From assembly GCA_002104945.1 (NCBI GenBank), contig MCFH01000074.1:124001-188000 (forward strand): a DNA stretch of 64,000 bases, given 5' to 3'. Below the pieces are notes generated by a model, which worked only from the letters and a program-made list of their open reading frames with translations, did not search any database and had not been told where the DNA came from. Shown here piece after piece: positions 48,475 to 60,993 of this stretch. A program made the position numbers and the translations under genes. This DNA is from Piromyces finnis finn (lineage: Eukaryota > Fungi > Neocallimastigomycota). Numbering within the stretch: position 1 is the stretch's first letter; each line of letters begins with the position of its first letter.

Positions 48475-49090
48475 TGTAAAGATATCAAACGCCTCTGTTT
48501 GATATCTTTAATGTAACTTAAGCCACAAGTATTATTGTTTAAGTTACACAAATTATATTCAGAAAAAGAAAATGAGACATAATTTATTTATTAATAATTA
48601 AAGTTTAAAACAAAATAAATTATTAATTTATTTTTAATGTTTAACAAGTAAATTAAAATTTTCAATTTAAATCCCTAGTTTTAGTATTGTTTTTTTCTTA
48701 GAAATAGATAAATAATATATAAATAATAAATAATTAATATATCAATAATACATAGGCACATATTCAAATTGAATAGTACTTAATTTGAATTGCCGATTGT
48801 ATTTTACTAAAAATAGTTATAATTTAAATATTTATTAATAATTAAGATTTTAGTGTAGATTTTAAATAATAATATAAGAAATAAATAGTTATAATATAAT
48901 ATAAATGTAATTAGGAAAAATATAAATAGAAGATATTTTTCATCATTTTGATCGATGTAATTGTTATTAATAAAATTTCTATTATAATAAAAGATATTTT
49001 TATAAAAACAATTTTTTTCCTTATTTAAATTTTAGTGTTATTGTAATAGAATAGATATCCTAATCTATTCTTCCAGTGCCCAACATTACA
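48475..49090 (+). mobile_element. Solo LTR of family B (opposite orientation) with 5-bp TSD AAATA
   Basis: TGTAAAGATATC...CATTACA termini. AAATA at 48470-48474 and 49091-49095. Reverse complement of 57628-58236. Confidence 0.93.
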
Positions 49091-49799
49091 AAATATTAGA
49101 AATTTTATACTTTGAAATTTTTTAATTTTTTCCATGTGTCCAAATTTTTTTAAATTTTTATATATGTTATTGTGACATATTGTAATTATTTTATTACATG
49201 TAAATATTTCACATAATAAAATTATTAGCTACATTTTAACACTAATTGTTAAAATGAGATAGTTATAAAGAAATTATTTATTAAAATAAAGAAAAATATA
49301 CTTATCGAGTTTATTATAAGAGCCTACAATAAATAACACTCGAATTAGGTTTTAATATTTTTTATTATAAAGGTGATTTATTAGTATTAAAAGTGTATAA
49401 GTTTTTTTTATGTTAATTTATTATAATTTCTTATAATAATAACTATTGATTTTCAAATGAAACTCAGGAGGTCTTTTATATAAAAATTTAAAGAATAAAG
49501 AAAGTTCTAATCTTAATAAATTTATTTTCTAGAAAAAGATTAGAAGAAAAAACTAGAAAAGTTTCGATTGATAATCTATTCTTATCAATCATCGTATTAT
49601 TAGATAAAACCGAATGGATTCGGGAAAATTCTAATAATCGATTTTATCGTTATATTTAAAATACATTATACATTATGTATTATAATAAAATTTAATAAAA
49701 TTTAATAAAATATTGAAAGTTAAATAAAAAATATAATAAATTAATTTTAATAAGAAATATTGATTATTTATTATAAAATAAATCTAATTTTTTACACAT

Positions 49800-49990
49800 T
49801 GTTACGGTTCGAGGAATTTTAATTTTATTTATAAAATATTAATAAATTTATTAATATTCAAAAATAATATTAAAATGAAATAAGAAAAGTTGGTTTATTA
49901 ATAAATTTGTTTTATTAAGATATTAATATAAAATTGTAAAATAAAATAAAAAAAAAAGTAATTAAAAATATCTGTATATTCTCTAATTCT
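49800..49990 (+). repeat. Second copy of the TGTTAC-start LTR-like repeat
   Basis: Similar to 42622-42800 over roughly 170 bp. Confidence 0.6.
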
Positions 49991-51328
49991 TGTAGTATAC
50001 ACCTTTTTATACTTTTTGTAAAAAATTAAGTAGTGTTAATTATAAGAATTAGTCTTTAATTATTTACATTAATTTTAGTATTTAAATTACTTTTAAATGA
50101 ATAATAAAATTACATTACTATTATAATAAATATTTATACATATTATTAAATTGATTAACATACATTAAAAATTTACTTTAAATATATTTAACTAAAGAAT
50201 TTTACTATTTTACAGAAATATTATTCATAATTTTAATTAATAAAAATTCATTAACTTGATAAATTAAACTAAAAGTTCAATAAACTATAATTTTCAATAT
50301 ATTATTATTACTATATTAATTTTTAAGTTTAATAAAATAAAATTTAAGTTCAATAAAAATAATTATTAATGATTTTAAATATAATTTAAGTGTATACATT
50401 AATTTACAAATAAGAATATTGTAAAGTTTTCATACATTTAGGAACAATAATGGATTAGGTCATAATCATTAATTATGACAAGAATAACATTATTTGTTGG
50501 TTCCTTAACAAATATGCTACGGTTCAAATAAGATATCACAAAACACTTGAATAGTTATAAAAATAAAAATTTATTTAATTTTAATTTTTATTCATTTAAT
50601 TTATTTTTTGATTTTTCAATTTTTAATATTTTTCTCAAAAATCCTCGTACTTTTTCCAACTATCCATTATTTGAAATTTAATGGTTTTGGATAGCTAAGG
50701 ATTTAAATTGATTTCATTCATAATATATGGATCATTCACTGTAACATATATTAATTAAATCCTTAATATATATTATGAATAATCTCTTAATATTTGAATA
50801 GAAAAATTTTTAATTTATAATTAATAAATTTTTAATTTATGATATGTGTAACATTTTTGCATATCATATATTATATATTCAATTATAACATATAATAAAA
50901 TTATATTATCCAATTAATTATGCCCTTTTTTAGACATAAATAATAATTTTTCTGTCGAGGTATCTTCTGTTTTGGGTGTAACAGTTGCCTCTTTTAGTAA
51001 AAATTATAATTAATTTTTATGTCATAATTTTAAATTATAAAATATTATACAATAAAGTTAATTAATAAAATGAACCTTAAATAATAATAAAATACCTATA
51101 ACTATTTTAATAATAAAATTTGGTAAAATTATATAAGTATAAAATATTATAAGTAATTATACTAATACTAATAATAAAGGTCTTAAATAACTATATAAAA
51201 ATAATATAACTATATAATAAAAATATTAATAATTACTAGAAAAATGTATAAAAATTATATATTATAATTTTTATATTTTAAAAATAGAGTTAAACACTAG
51301 TAAGGAATATAAATAGTTGAAGGTTAAA

Positions 51329-51975
51329 TGTCAAAATCACAATTCATGAAATTTGACATTTCATGAAATTTCATAATTTTGAATTATTAGTTAAATTAAT
51401 TAAAATATTAATTTAATAATATTTTACTAATAATAGTTTATTTAATATAAATATTAATTGGAAAGCTATTTATTATCCGGAGATAAATAGAGTGTAACAA
51501 TTAATTAATATTAAACAAACCAATTAGTAAAATAAGATTCATTTAAATAATTATTAATATTATTTTTAACAACTTATTAATATCGATATTTAAAGAAAAT
51601 TATATTATTATTATTATTATTATATTTTATTAATATTTATATTTATATTATTATACATGTATAACTTAAATTATATTATTATTATACTTTATTAATATCA
51701 ATGTTATATTAAAAATGAAAGTATAAATAAGTTGAACAAAGAACAACTTTAAGAAGTTCTTTGTGAGATTATTATACTCATTTTTATATAGTAAATTCAA
51801 TATTTAAAATTAATAATTATCATTTACTTATATTATAAAAATTAAATAAAATATTTCTTAAAAAACTATATTTATTACTCTTTTATTTATAAAAATTTAT
51901 TATTTACTATATAATTAAGCCTATCCTAACCTAGTAGACTTAATTATAATTCTAAATCCACTCTAACTCTTGACA
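51329..51975 (+). repeat. 5' LTR of element A (647 bp)
   Basis: 6-bp terminal inverted repeat TGTCAA/TTGACA. TATAAA at 51722-51727. Left flank TTAAA. Confidence 0.9.
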
Positions 51976-51985
51976 ATAATCTCAC
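51976..51985 (+). promoter_or_regulatory. Primer-binding site of the self-priming (Tf1/sushi) type
   Basis: ATAATCTCAC is the exact reverse complement of GTGAGATTAT at 51763-51772 inside the LTR. There is no TGG-type tRNA PBS. Confidence 0.75.
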
Positions 51986-52009
51986 CTTAACTTTGGTTAC
52001 TACCTTAGG

Positions 52010-53109
52010 ATGGCAGAACAAAACTTTGCTAGCTCTTGGCAAACTATGGATGAAGTTAATCAACTCCGCGAAGATGCTAAAACTACTGCTGTAGACATTA
52101 TGAACAGCGTTCAAGAAAACTTTGCTACTATTAGTCAAGTTAAAGACTTTGAAAAACATATTGAATCTCAGTTTCAAGAAATTAAAAGAAATACTGCTAA
52201 TTTCGCACAAGTTTTGGAATCGGTCTCTAACAATATCAACACCATTCAAGAGTATTTAAATAAGAATGGAAAACCAAGTGGTGGTCAGCCAGACCTAACC
52301 CCTTCAGTTGCCCCATCTACATCTACAAAATATGATTTGGATTTTGATGTAATAATGAGATCAAAATATTCCACTCCAATAAATCAAGTTCCAGACCCAG
52401 GTCTTTTTTCTGGTGATCCTCATGAAACTGAACTATTCTGTCAAATTTGTGAAGATACTTTTAGCACCTATCCTAATAAACATATGATGGAAGAAGCCAA
52501 AATTAATTTTGTTAAAACAAGATTAAGAGGAATTGCTAGAACTTGGTATTTAACAAGATACAGTGGAAATACCCATCCCTCTACTATGTTCGAATTATTA
52601 GGAGAATTAAAAAACGCTTTTCCAAATGTTTCAAGCCGTAAATTAGCTAAGATCAAGCTAAGTAAATTGAAACAAACATATGGAAAAATTAATGAATATA
52701 TGGAAGAATTTAGATCATATATTCAATATTTTAACTGGGATCAAGAGGCTGTTACTCTTATGTTTTATACTGGTCTTCATCCTAAGTATCAAGAAGATAT
52801 TGAAAGATTAGATGACTTTCCTACTACTCTCGAAGCTATTTTCACAAGATGTATTATATTTGAACAAAACAATGTTTCAAATAAAAAGTTAACCAAATTA
52901 ATAATAAAAGCCATGGAAGAAAAAATTCATTTTATAATAACAATAACAATAATTATAATAATAATAGAAACAATTATCAAAAATATCACAATAATAATAA
53001 TAACAATAATAATTTAAAATCTAATTATTCAACTAATAATAATGGTGGTAATAATAATAATAATTATTCCACTACAAAAACCCAAAAAATTTCTTCAAAA
53101 AATTTTTAA
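52010..53109 (+). pseudogene. gag: gag of element A (Retrotrans_gag-like), frameshifted near 52885
   Basis: PDPGLFSGDP, KINFVKTRLRGIARTWY, Q..GKINEY..EFR..FYTGL. The Asn-rich tail continues in the -1 frame to TAA at 53107-53109. Confidence 0.8.
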
Positions 53110-56100
53110 ACAATGAACACCATAAGACGTCAATGGATGTTCATAATACACCAAAAATTATTTATTATAATTTCCCATCTCTAGAGAACAAAGAAAATCC
53201 CAATTTAAATTCATTTCTAACCTTTAATTCATATATTCCTAAAGAATTTCTAAATAACAACTCTAATTTTATTACCAATTCTCCAATAACCTGTAATTCA
53301 ATACTTGATTCAGGTTCCTCATGCAACTTTATTTCTACCATATTTGTAGAAAAATATAATTTAATTAAAAGAAAATTAAAAAACAAATTGATTATAAAAG
53401 GTATTAGTGGGTTTACTACTGATATCAATGATTATGTTTATTTAAAATTTCAATTAAAAATTTTTATCAAAAATAAATTTTATTTTATATCTTTTAAAGA
53501 AAAATTCTTAGTTTCAGAACATATTCCTATGGATTTATTATTTGGAAATAAATTCATGAAGAAATTTAAGATTCATTTTAATTATAAAAATAATCATTTA
53601 TATTGTAATAATTTTAAACACTTCAATAATAAGAATTTAAAAATTTTTTCAAAAAATTTAAAAATTTCTCATTCTAAAAAAGATTTTAATAATTCATTTT
53701 CCGATAATACTAATAATAATTCTACTAATTTCTCTCATAAATCTAATCGTCAAGTTAAAGATAATAATTCTACGTCTTTTAATAAGAGTGATATCAATTA
53801 TTTTATCCATTCATTTTTATCTGAAAATGTCGAAAATTTTGAAGATGATGAATAAAATGACCTAACCCTTATCATGGATGATATCCCTAATGAATATAAA
53901 GATCTTGCTGTTGTTTTCAGCAAATCAAAAGCTGATAAGTTACCTCCACACCGTTTAACTGATTGTAAAATAGTCCTAGAAAATGACGCCACTTTACATT
54001 ATGGACCTATCTATCCTTTATCAAGACAAGAGGAAGAAGCCTTACAAGAATATATTAATGAAAATCTTAAAAAAGGTTTTATTAGGCCCTCTGAATCTCC
54101 TGCAGGTTACCCTGTTGTTTTCCAGAAGAAAAAAGATGGCTCATTAAGGGTCTGTATTGATTACAAAAAGTTAAACGCTATAACAGTAAGAAATTCGTAC
54201 CCTTTACCTCTAATTTCAGATATCATTGAAAGGGTTAGGGGTTCAAAAATTTTCACTAAATTGGACTTGAGATCAGCTTATAATTTGATAAGAATAAAAG
54301 AAGGTGATGAATATAAGACTGCTTTTAGAACAAAGTTTGGTCATTACGAATATTTAGTAATGCCATATGGATTAAAAAATGCTCCAGCAATATTTCAATC
54401 ATTCATAAATTCAATATTACGCGAATATTTGGATAAATTTGTTATTTTATACATGGATGATATTTTAATTTTCTCAGAAAATCTCAACGATCATATCAAC
54501 CATGTAAGATCTGTTTTAGATAAATTAATACAAAACAACTTATATGCAAAATTTGAAAAATGTGAATTTCATAAAAATGAAGTTGAATTCTTAGGTTTCA
54601 CTATTTCAGGTAATGGTATCTCTACTGATCCAAAGAAGATCGAAGCTATTAAAGAATGGCCTAGACCAAAATGTGTTAAAGATGTTCAACGCTTTCTTGG
54701 TCTTTGTAATTATTATAGAAGGTTTGTTAATAATTTTGCCAAAATCGCCAAACCTTTACATAATTTAACTAGGAAAAATGTTAAGTTTCATTGGAATAAG
54801 ATATGTGATGATGCTTTCGTAAATTTACAAAATAAATTAATTACCTCTCCCGTTTTAGTTTTTCCTGACACTAATAGGCCGTTTATAGTAGAATGTGATG
54901 CCAGCAATTTCGCAATAGGTTCCGTTTTATCTCTATGATGATGATAAAAAACTACATCCTGTTGCTTATTTTTCCAGAAGTTTAAATGATACAGAAAGGA
55001 ACTATTCTATTACAGATAAAGAACTTCTTTCTATTAAATCTGCTTTTTCGGCTTGGCGACATCTACTTTTAGGTGCTAAATTTAAAGTAAAAGTTTATAC
55101 AGACCACCGCAATTTACTTTATACTTTAGGTGGAAAAATTCAAAATCAACGTCAACATCGTTGGCATCTCTTCTTTCAAGAATATGATTTTGAATTAATT
55201 TATCGCCAAGGAAGAAAAAATGGTAAGCCAGATAGTCTCTCTAGAAGACCTGATTATAATTCTGGTAATGAACAAATAAAACCTGAGCATATTTTAGATA
55301 TAAAAAATGTTAAAAACATTCCATGTTTTGTGGGAATTCTTAGTGACTTTATTGATAAAGTTATCGAATATACTAAAACAGATAATACTGCAAACGATAT
55401 TAGATTATATTTTGCACCAAATAATGCTAATCAAGGTTATTTTTATAGACCTTTTAGAAAAATGAATAAATTCAAGATTCAAAATAATATGATTCTTTAT
55501 AATAATTTAATATATATTCCTGAAGCTTTAAGATTAGAAGTACTTATGCGATACCATGAAAATCCTGCTGCTGGTCATTTGGGTATTAAAAGAACTGAAG
55601 AATTAATTACTAGAAACTATTGGTGGCCAAAAATTCATAAAGATGTAACTGAATTTGTTAATTCTTGTGAAACTTGTACTAGAAACAAATTCAATAAACA
55701 CAAAAAATATGGTCCTTTACAACCTTTAGAAACTCCTGATAGACCATGGCGTTCTGTTGAAATTGACTTTTTATGTGGTTTACCTGATTCTAAAGGATAT
55801 ACTGTTCTAATGGTTACTGTAGATAGATTTTCAAAAATGATTCATTTAGTTCCTTTTAAGAAAATACCCGATGCTAAACAAACAGCTACAGCTTTTATTA
55901 AAAATATATTCAAACTTCATGGATTGCCTTCTGATATTTATACTGATCGTGGTTCTCAATTTACTAGTGATCTTTGGAATAGTTTAATGGAAGAACTTAA
56001 AGTTAAAACTAAAATTGCTACCACTGATCATCATGAAACAGTCGGGCAAGTTGAAAGATGTAACTCTTTTATTGAACAATATTTCCGCTGTTATTCAAAG

Positions 56101-56811
56101 TCCTATTATCATGATGATTGGGTTGAATGGATTCACTTAGCCGAATTTGTTTATAACAATTCTATTAATGAGTCTACCAAACAAAGTCCTTTCTTTATTA
56201 ACTATGGATTCCACCCTCCTGTTGATGATGTTTTCCTTTATGACAAATCCTATACTAATAATAATTTTATTAGAAATGTTTGTGATAATTTTAATTATGT
56301 TAAAGAAGTTTTATTTAGAGCCAAGGATTTATATAAAAAACATGCCGATAAGAAAAGGATGTCACCTCCTATATTTAAAGTTGGCGATAAAGTTTGGATT
56401 CAAGCTCCTCCATCCTTTTCTACGGAAGAAACTCCAAAACTTTCTCCTTGTAAATATGGACCCTATAAAGTTTTATATGTTTTGGAAAATAACAATTATA
56501 AAATAGATATACACAACTCTCCTTTCCCAAAACATCATCCAATCTTCCATATTTCGGAACTTGAACCTTTTATTCCTACCCCTTCAAGATTTTTATCAAG
56601 ATCAAAGGATCCCGAATCAATTAAAGACATCATTGAGATTGCGGGATTTTGAACTAATTATAAACTTAAACGGTATGAATACAAAATTAGATACAAATAC
56701 CGTTCTCAATATAATTGGGTTCCTTCTAGTGAAGTTGAAGATAACCCAAGAAACCAAAATATCTTCTTATTATATTTAAAGAATAATAGGAAGCCTATTG
56801 ATATCGCTTAT

Positions 56812-56817
<6 letters not shown>
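53064..56817 (+). pseudogene. pol: pol of element A (protease, RT, RNase H, integrase, diverged chromodomain) with three lesions
   Basis: ILDSGSS, YPLPLI, LDLRSAY, YMDDILI, VECDAS, HHCC and DDE integrase motifs. In-frame TAA at 53853, 2-nt deletion near 54933, in-frame TGA at 56650, then a chromo-like tail to TAA 56815-56817. Confidence 0.9.
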
Positions 56818-56852
<35 letters not shown>

Positions 56853-57627
56853 AGAGAAAGAGAGAGAGAATGAAAAAAAAAATGAGAAAATTATTATAAT
56901 ACAAAATTACTTCAATTTAACCCATCACAGATTTAAAAATTGAAATTTCAAAAATTTTTATATTCACTATTTTTTAATTATAAAATTTATTTTTCAGCTT
57001 ATTATTATTAATATTTTTAATATCAAATTTTAAAAATTTCAAAAAACATAAAAAACCCTTTAAAATCAAAATTTAAAATTTCAAAAAATTCAAAATTTCA
57101 ATTATGACAGTTGTACAACATAAAAAATTTCAAAAACACATTTTTTATACAATACATATATGTATTTCATAACAAAATTTCATTTTTACCAATTTTTGAC
57201 AACTTTTGAAATTTCGCGAAATGGCCATTTAAAATTCATTCCTCCATCCTCATGTGACCATTTCGAAATTTCAAAAATTTTGAAAATATTAAAATTTCAA
57301 TATTTTAAATTCAATATAAGATATTCCACTATCAAAAAATTGTCTAGTATCCAATTTTAGTGGAAGGGCGTTGTCAAAATCACAATTCATGAAATTTGAC
57401 ATTTCATGAAATTTCATAATTTTGAATTATTAGTTAAATTAATTAAAATATTAATTTAATAATATTTTACTAATAATAGTTTATTTAATATAAATATTAA
57501 TTGGAAAGCTATTTATTATCCGGAGATAAATAGAGTGTAACAATTAATTAATATTAAACAAACCAATTAGTAAAATAAGATTCATTTAAATAATTATTAA
57601 TATTATTTTTAACAACTTATTAATATC

Positions 57628-60528
57628 TGTAATGCTGACACAGAAAGAATAGATTAGGATATCTATTCTATTACAATAACACTAAAGATTTATATAAAAT
57701 TGTTTTGTTAAAAAAATATCTTTTATTATAATAGAAATTATATTAATAACAATTACATCGATAAAATGATGAAAAATATCTTCTATTTATATTTTTCCTA
57801 AATACATTTATATTATATTATAACTATTTATTTCTTATATTATTATTTAAAATCTACACTAAAATCTTAATTATTAATAAATATTTAAACTATAACTATT
57901 TTTAGTAAAATACAATTGGCAATTCAAATTAAGTACTATTCAATTTGAATATGTGCCCATGTATTATTGATATATTAAACATTTAATAATTATATACTAG
58001 ATGTCTATTTCTATTACAAAACAATACTAAAACTAGGGATTTAAATTGAGAATATTAATTTACTTGTTAAACATTAAAAATAAATTAATAATTTATTTTG
58101 TTTTAAACTTTAATTATTAATAAATAAATTATGTCTCATTTTCTTTTTCTGAATATAATTTGTGTAACTTAAACAATAATACTTGTGGCTTAAGTTACAT
58201 TAAAGATATCAAACAGAGGCGTTTGATATCTTTACAATCTCTCTCTCTAAGTCGAGCTCCTGCGAGATTAATTTATAAGGAATCTTTTCTCGAAGGAATT
58301 TCAATTACAAATGGTTGGTATCTGTGCTTGATTAGATTACCAACTTTATTCTTTCTAATTTTCATGGAGGAGTCGTTCGACTTATATTTTGACTTTTTAG
58401 AGTTTCTTTCAAACTCTTGTATTAATTGTTTATCTGGAATCTGATCTTCAGAAATCCAAGTGGATTTGTCAAATCCTTTCCATGATAACTTATAAAATGT
58501 TTCACCATTAACAGATTTCATCTTTTCAATTTTCTCTGGAATTTTTTCAATTAAATCTGTGTTAAGGTGAATGTTCCTCTTCCTACGATTAGACCTGTCG
58601 TTAAACTTGTTTTCAAAGTATGGTTCTAACAATGAAACATGAAAGACTGGATGACATCTCATTGTCTTTGGAAGTTTCAGTTTGAAAGCGAGAGAACTAA
58701 CTTTTTCAATTATCTCAAATGGGCCAAGCATTTGAGGTGCTAATTTTCTCTTTAGGTTAGTTCCAGGAGAATCTTTCAATAACCATACCTTCTTTCCCAT
58801 TTCGAACTCCGGGGGAATCATTCTCTTCATATCGGCATATTTCTTATATGTTTCTTTTGCTTTTTCTAAGTTTTCTTTTAATAATTTAAAGTTTTCATTC
58901 ATATCAATTACTCTTTGTTCAGCTCTACTAGGTCTATCATTAGCTGGAATTTCTAAGCTGAACTTTGGATGAAAACCATAATTAGCAAAGAATGGAGATT
59001 GATTTATAGATTGTTGTAAAGTATTATTATATGCAAATTCAGCAAATGGGATAAGATCAACCCAGTTATTCTGCTTTTTATTTATAAAACAACGGAAATA
59101 TTGTTCTAATATGCCGTTCACCCTCTCCGTTTGACCATCTGTCTGCGGATGGTTGGCAGTTGATAATGAATGATTGATATTAAGAAGGTCACAAAGTCTT
59201 GACCAAAAGTCAGAAGTAAATTGCGAGCCTCTATCAGAAATGATGGAATCAGGAAGACCATGCAAACGGAAGACATTAGCAATAAAAGCATCAGCAGCAA
59301 TCGAAGCAGTAGGAAGACAACGTAAAGGAATGGCGTGAGCAAATTTAGTAAATCTATCGACAACAACCATGAGAGTTGTCATATCTCTGGACTTAGGAAG
59401 ATCAACAATAAAATCAATAGAAATATCAGACCAGGGCCTACTGGGAGTGTCCAAAGGGGATAACAATCCATAAGGCTTATGTCTGGGGACTTTGGATTTG
59501 CAACAAGTCACGCAAGATTTGATAAAAGATTTAACGTCTGAATGAAACCTTGGCCACCAAAAGTTTCTGGAAATCAGTTCAGTGGTTTTCTTAATACCGA
59601 AATGACCAGCAGCAACAGAATCATGATGAAGTTCCAAAACTCTTGTCCTAAGAGATTTAGGAACATAAATAAGATTATTATATAACAAAAATCCTTCGTT
59701 ATCAATAATAACTTTATCAATATTTTTAATAGGTGCATTACATGCAGAACCATTCATTTTAAATTGGACAATAGAATTATACAAATCGTCATTTTTAAGT
59801 TCTAATAAAATAGAATCGATTAACGGTTTGTTATCGCTATGATGAAACGAAATAGTAAGACAAGAAACATCAGAATTAATAATATTCTCTACATGGTCAC
59901 TTCTACGAGACAGGATATCAGGCTTACCGGATTTCTTTCCAGCTCTATAAATGAGTTTAAAACCAAATCTGGATAAGAACAAATTCCATCTAATTTGTCT
60001 CTGAGATAACATTTCAGGTTTTCTAGGAAATGTTAAATTCTTGTGATCAGTATAAATTATGAACGGATGGCGTGCACCTTCTAAATAATGACGCCATTCT
60101 TCAAGAGCAACTACAATAGCTAAAAGTTCCTTGTCATATATAGGATAGTTTCTTTGACAACTCGTCAAACTTTTAGAAAGAAATGCAATAGGATGTAATT
60201 TGCCATCAAATTCTTGAGAGAGAATAGCACCGACAGCATAATTACTAGCATCAGTTTCTACAATAAATTGTTTATTACTATCCGCATGTTTTAGAATAGG
60301 AGCTGACGTGAACAGAGATTTTAATAAAATAAAAGCGTCCTGATCTTCTTTCACCCAGTTAAAAGCAACATTCTTTCTAGTGAGTTTGTGAAGAGGGTTT
60401 GCAATTTTAGCAAAGTCTTTAATAAAAATTCTGTAATAGTTGCATAAACCAATAAAAGACTGAACCTCTTTAACATTCTTGGGAACCGGCCAATCGAGAA
60501 TTGCTTTAACTTTATTCTCATCCATTTG
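57628..60528 (-). mobile_element. Ty3/gypsy chromovirus B (3' half), inserted in the 3' LTR of A and itself interrupted by C
   Basis: 3' LTR 57628-58236 (TGTAAAG...ATTACA in element sense), PPT (GA)n at 58239-58248. The pol ORF is cut at 60529 by the LTR of element C. Confidence 0.93.
58273..60525 (-). CDS. pol: pol C-terminal part of element B: end of RT, RNase H, integrase, chromodomain
   Basis: 750-aa ORF: VETDASNYAVG, YTDHKNL, HDSVAAGHFG..C..C, SIDFIVDLP, SDRGSQF, GQTERVN, FYKLSWKGFDKSTW. Confidence 0.93.
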   Translation of the reverse strand: MDENKVKAILDWPVPKNVKEVQSFIGLCNYYRIFIKDFAKIANPLHKLTRKNVAFNWVKEDQDAFILLKSLFTSAPILKHADSNKQFIVETDASNYAVGAILSQEFDGKLHPIAFLSKSLTSCQRNYPIYDKELLAIVVALEEWRHYLEGARHPFIIYTDHKNLTFPRKPEMLSQRQIRWNLFLSRFGFKLIYRAGKKSGKPDILSRRSDHVENIINSDVSCLTISFHHSDNKPLIDSILLELKNDDLYNSIVQFKMNGSACNAPIKNIDKVIIDNEGFLLYNNLIYVPKSLRTRVLELHHDSVAAGHFGIKKTTELISRNFWWPRFHSDVKSFIKSCVTCCKSKVPRHKPYGLLSPLDTPSRPWSDISIDFIVDLPKSRDMTTLMVVVDRFTKFAHAIPLRCLPTASIAADAFIANVFRLHGLPDSIISDRGSQFTSDFWSRLCDLLNINHSLSTANHPQTDGQTERVNGILEQYFRCFINKKQNNWVDLIPFAEFAYNNTLQQSINQSPFFANYGFHPKFSLEIPANDRPSRAEQRVIDMNENFKLLKENLEKAKETYKKYADMKRMIPPEFEMGKKVWLLKDSPGTNLKRKLAPQMLGPFEIIEKVSSLAFKLKLPKTMRCHPVFHVSLLEPYFENKFNDRSNRRKRNIHLNTDLIEKIPEKIEKMKSVNGETFYKLSWKGFDKSTWISEDQIPDKQLIQEFERNSKKSKYKSNDSSMKIRKNKVGNLIKHRYQPFVIEIPSRKDSL

Positions 60529-60993
60529 TGTAACGAAATATTATAATAATAAACACACACACTCTAATGTATCAAATATATATGTATTTTTTTAATAATG
60601 TTTATTTATTAAATTTATTATTATAATACGACTAACTCGCTAGGTCAGTGTATTATCAAACTAAAGACGAAATAAAAAAACTAATTTTTATTAATTATTA
60701 ATAAAAACACTAAAGAACTATTTTATCTTTCTTATTCTCTCTTTTATACATGAAAATTATTATTTTTTTTTTTAATACAATTTGATAAGTGAATTAATTA
60801 CTTAATGATTGGTTATAAAAATATAATTATGAAATTTTCATTAATCTAACCTTAATGATTTTCTAGTCTAACCCTTATCATTAGATATACCTCATTACAA
60901 GCTCCTCCTCTAAATTCGGATTCCAGACGAATTTATAAGCTAATAATTTTTTTTTTTTTTTTTAAATAGGCAGTTGACTTCATATGAGAATTA

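Larger units (their letters stand above)
51329..57627 (+). mobile_element. Ty3/gypsy chromovirus A: 5' LTR, gag, pol, 3' UTR and interrupted 3' LTR
   Basis: 5' LTR 51329-51975 (TGTCAA...TTGACA). PPT GTGGAAGGGCGT 57360-57371. The 3' LTR 57372-57627 matches 51329-51584 with no difference seen and is cut by element B. Confidence 0.95.

Noticed and set aside
60845-60880. Telomere-like CTAACC(C)T units in LTR C (also single units near 41500 and 51925)
   Set aside because: Isolated single units rather than a tandem array, so compatible with chance.
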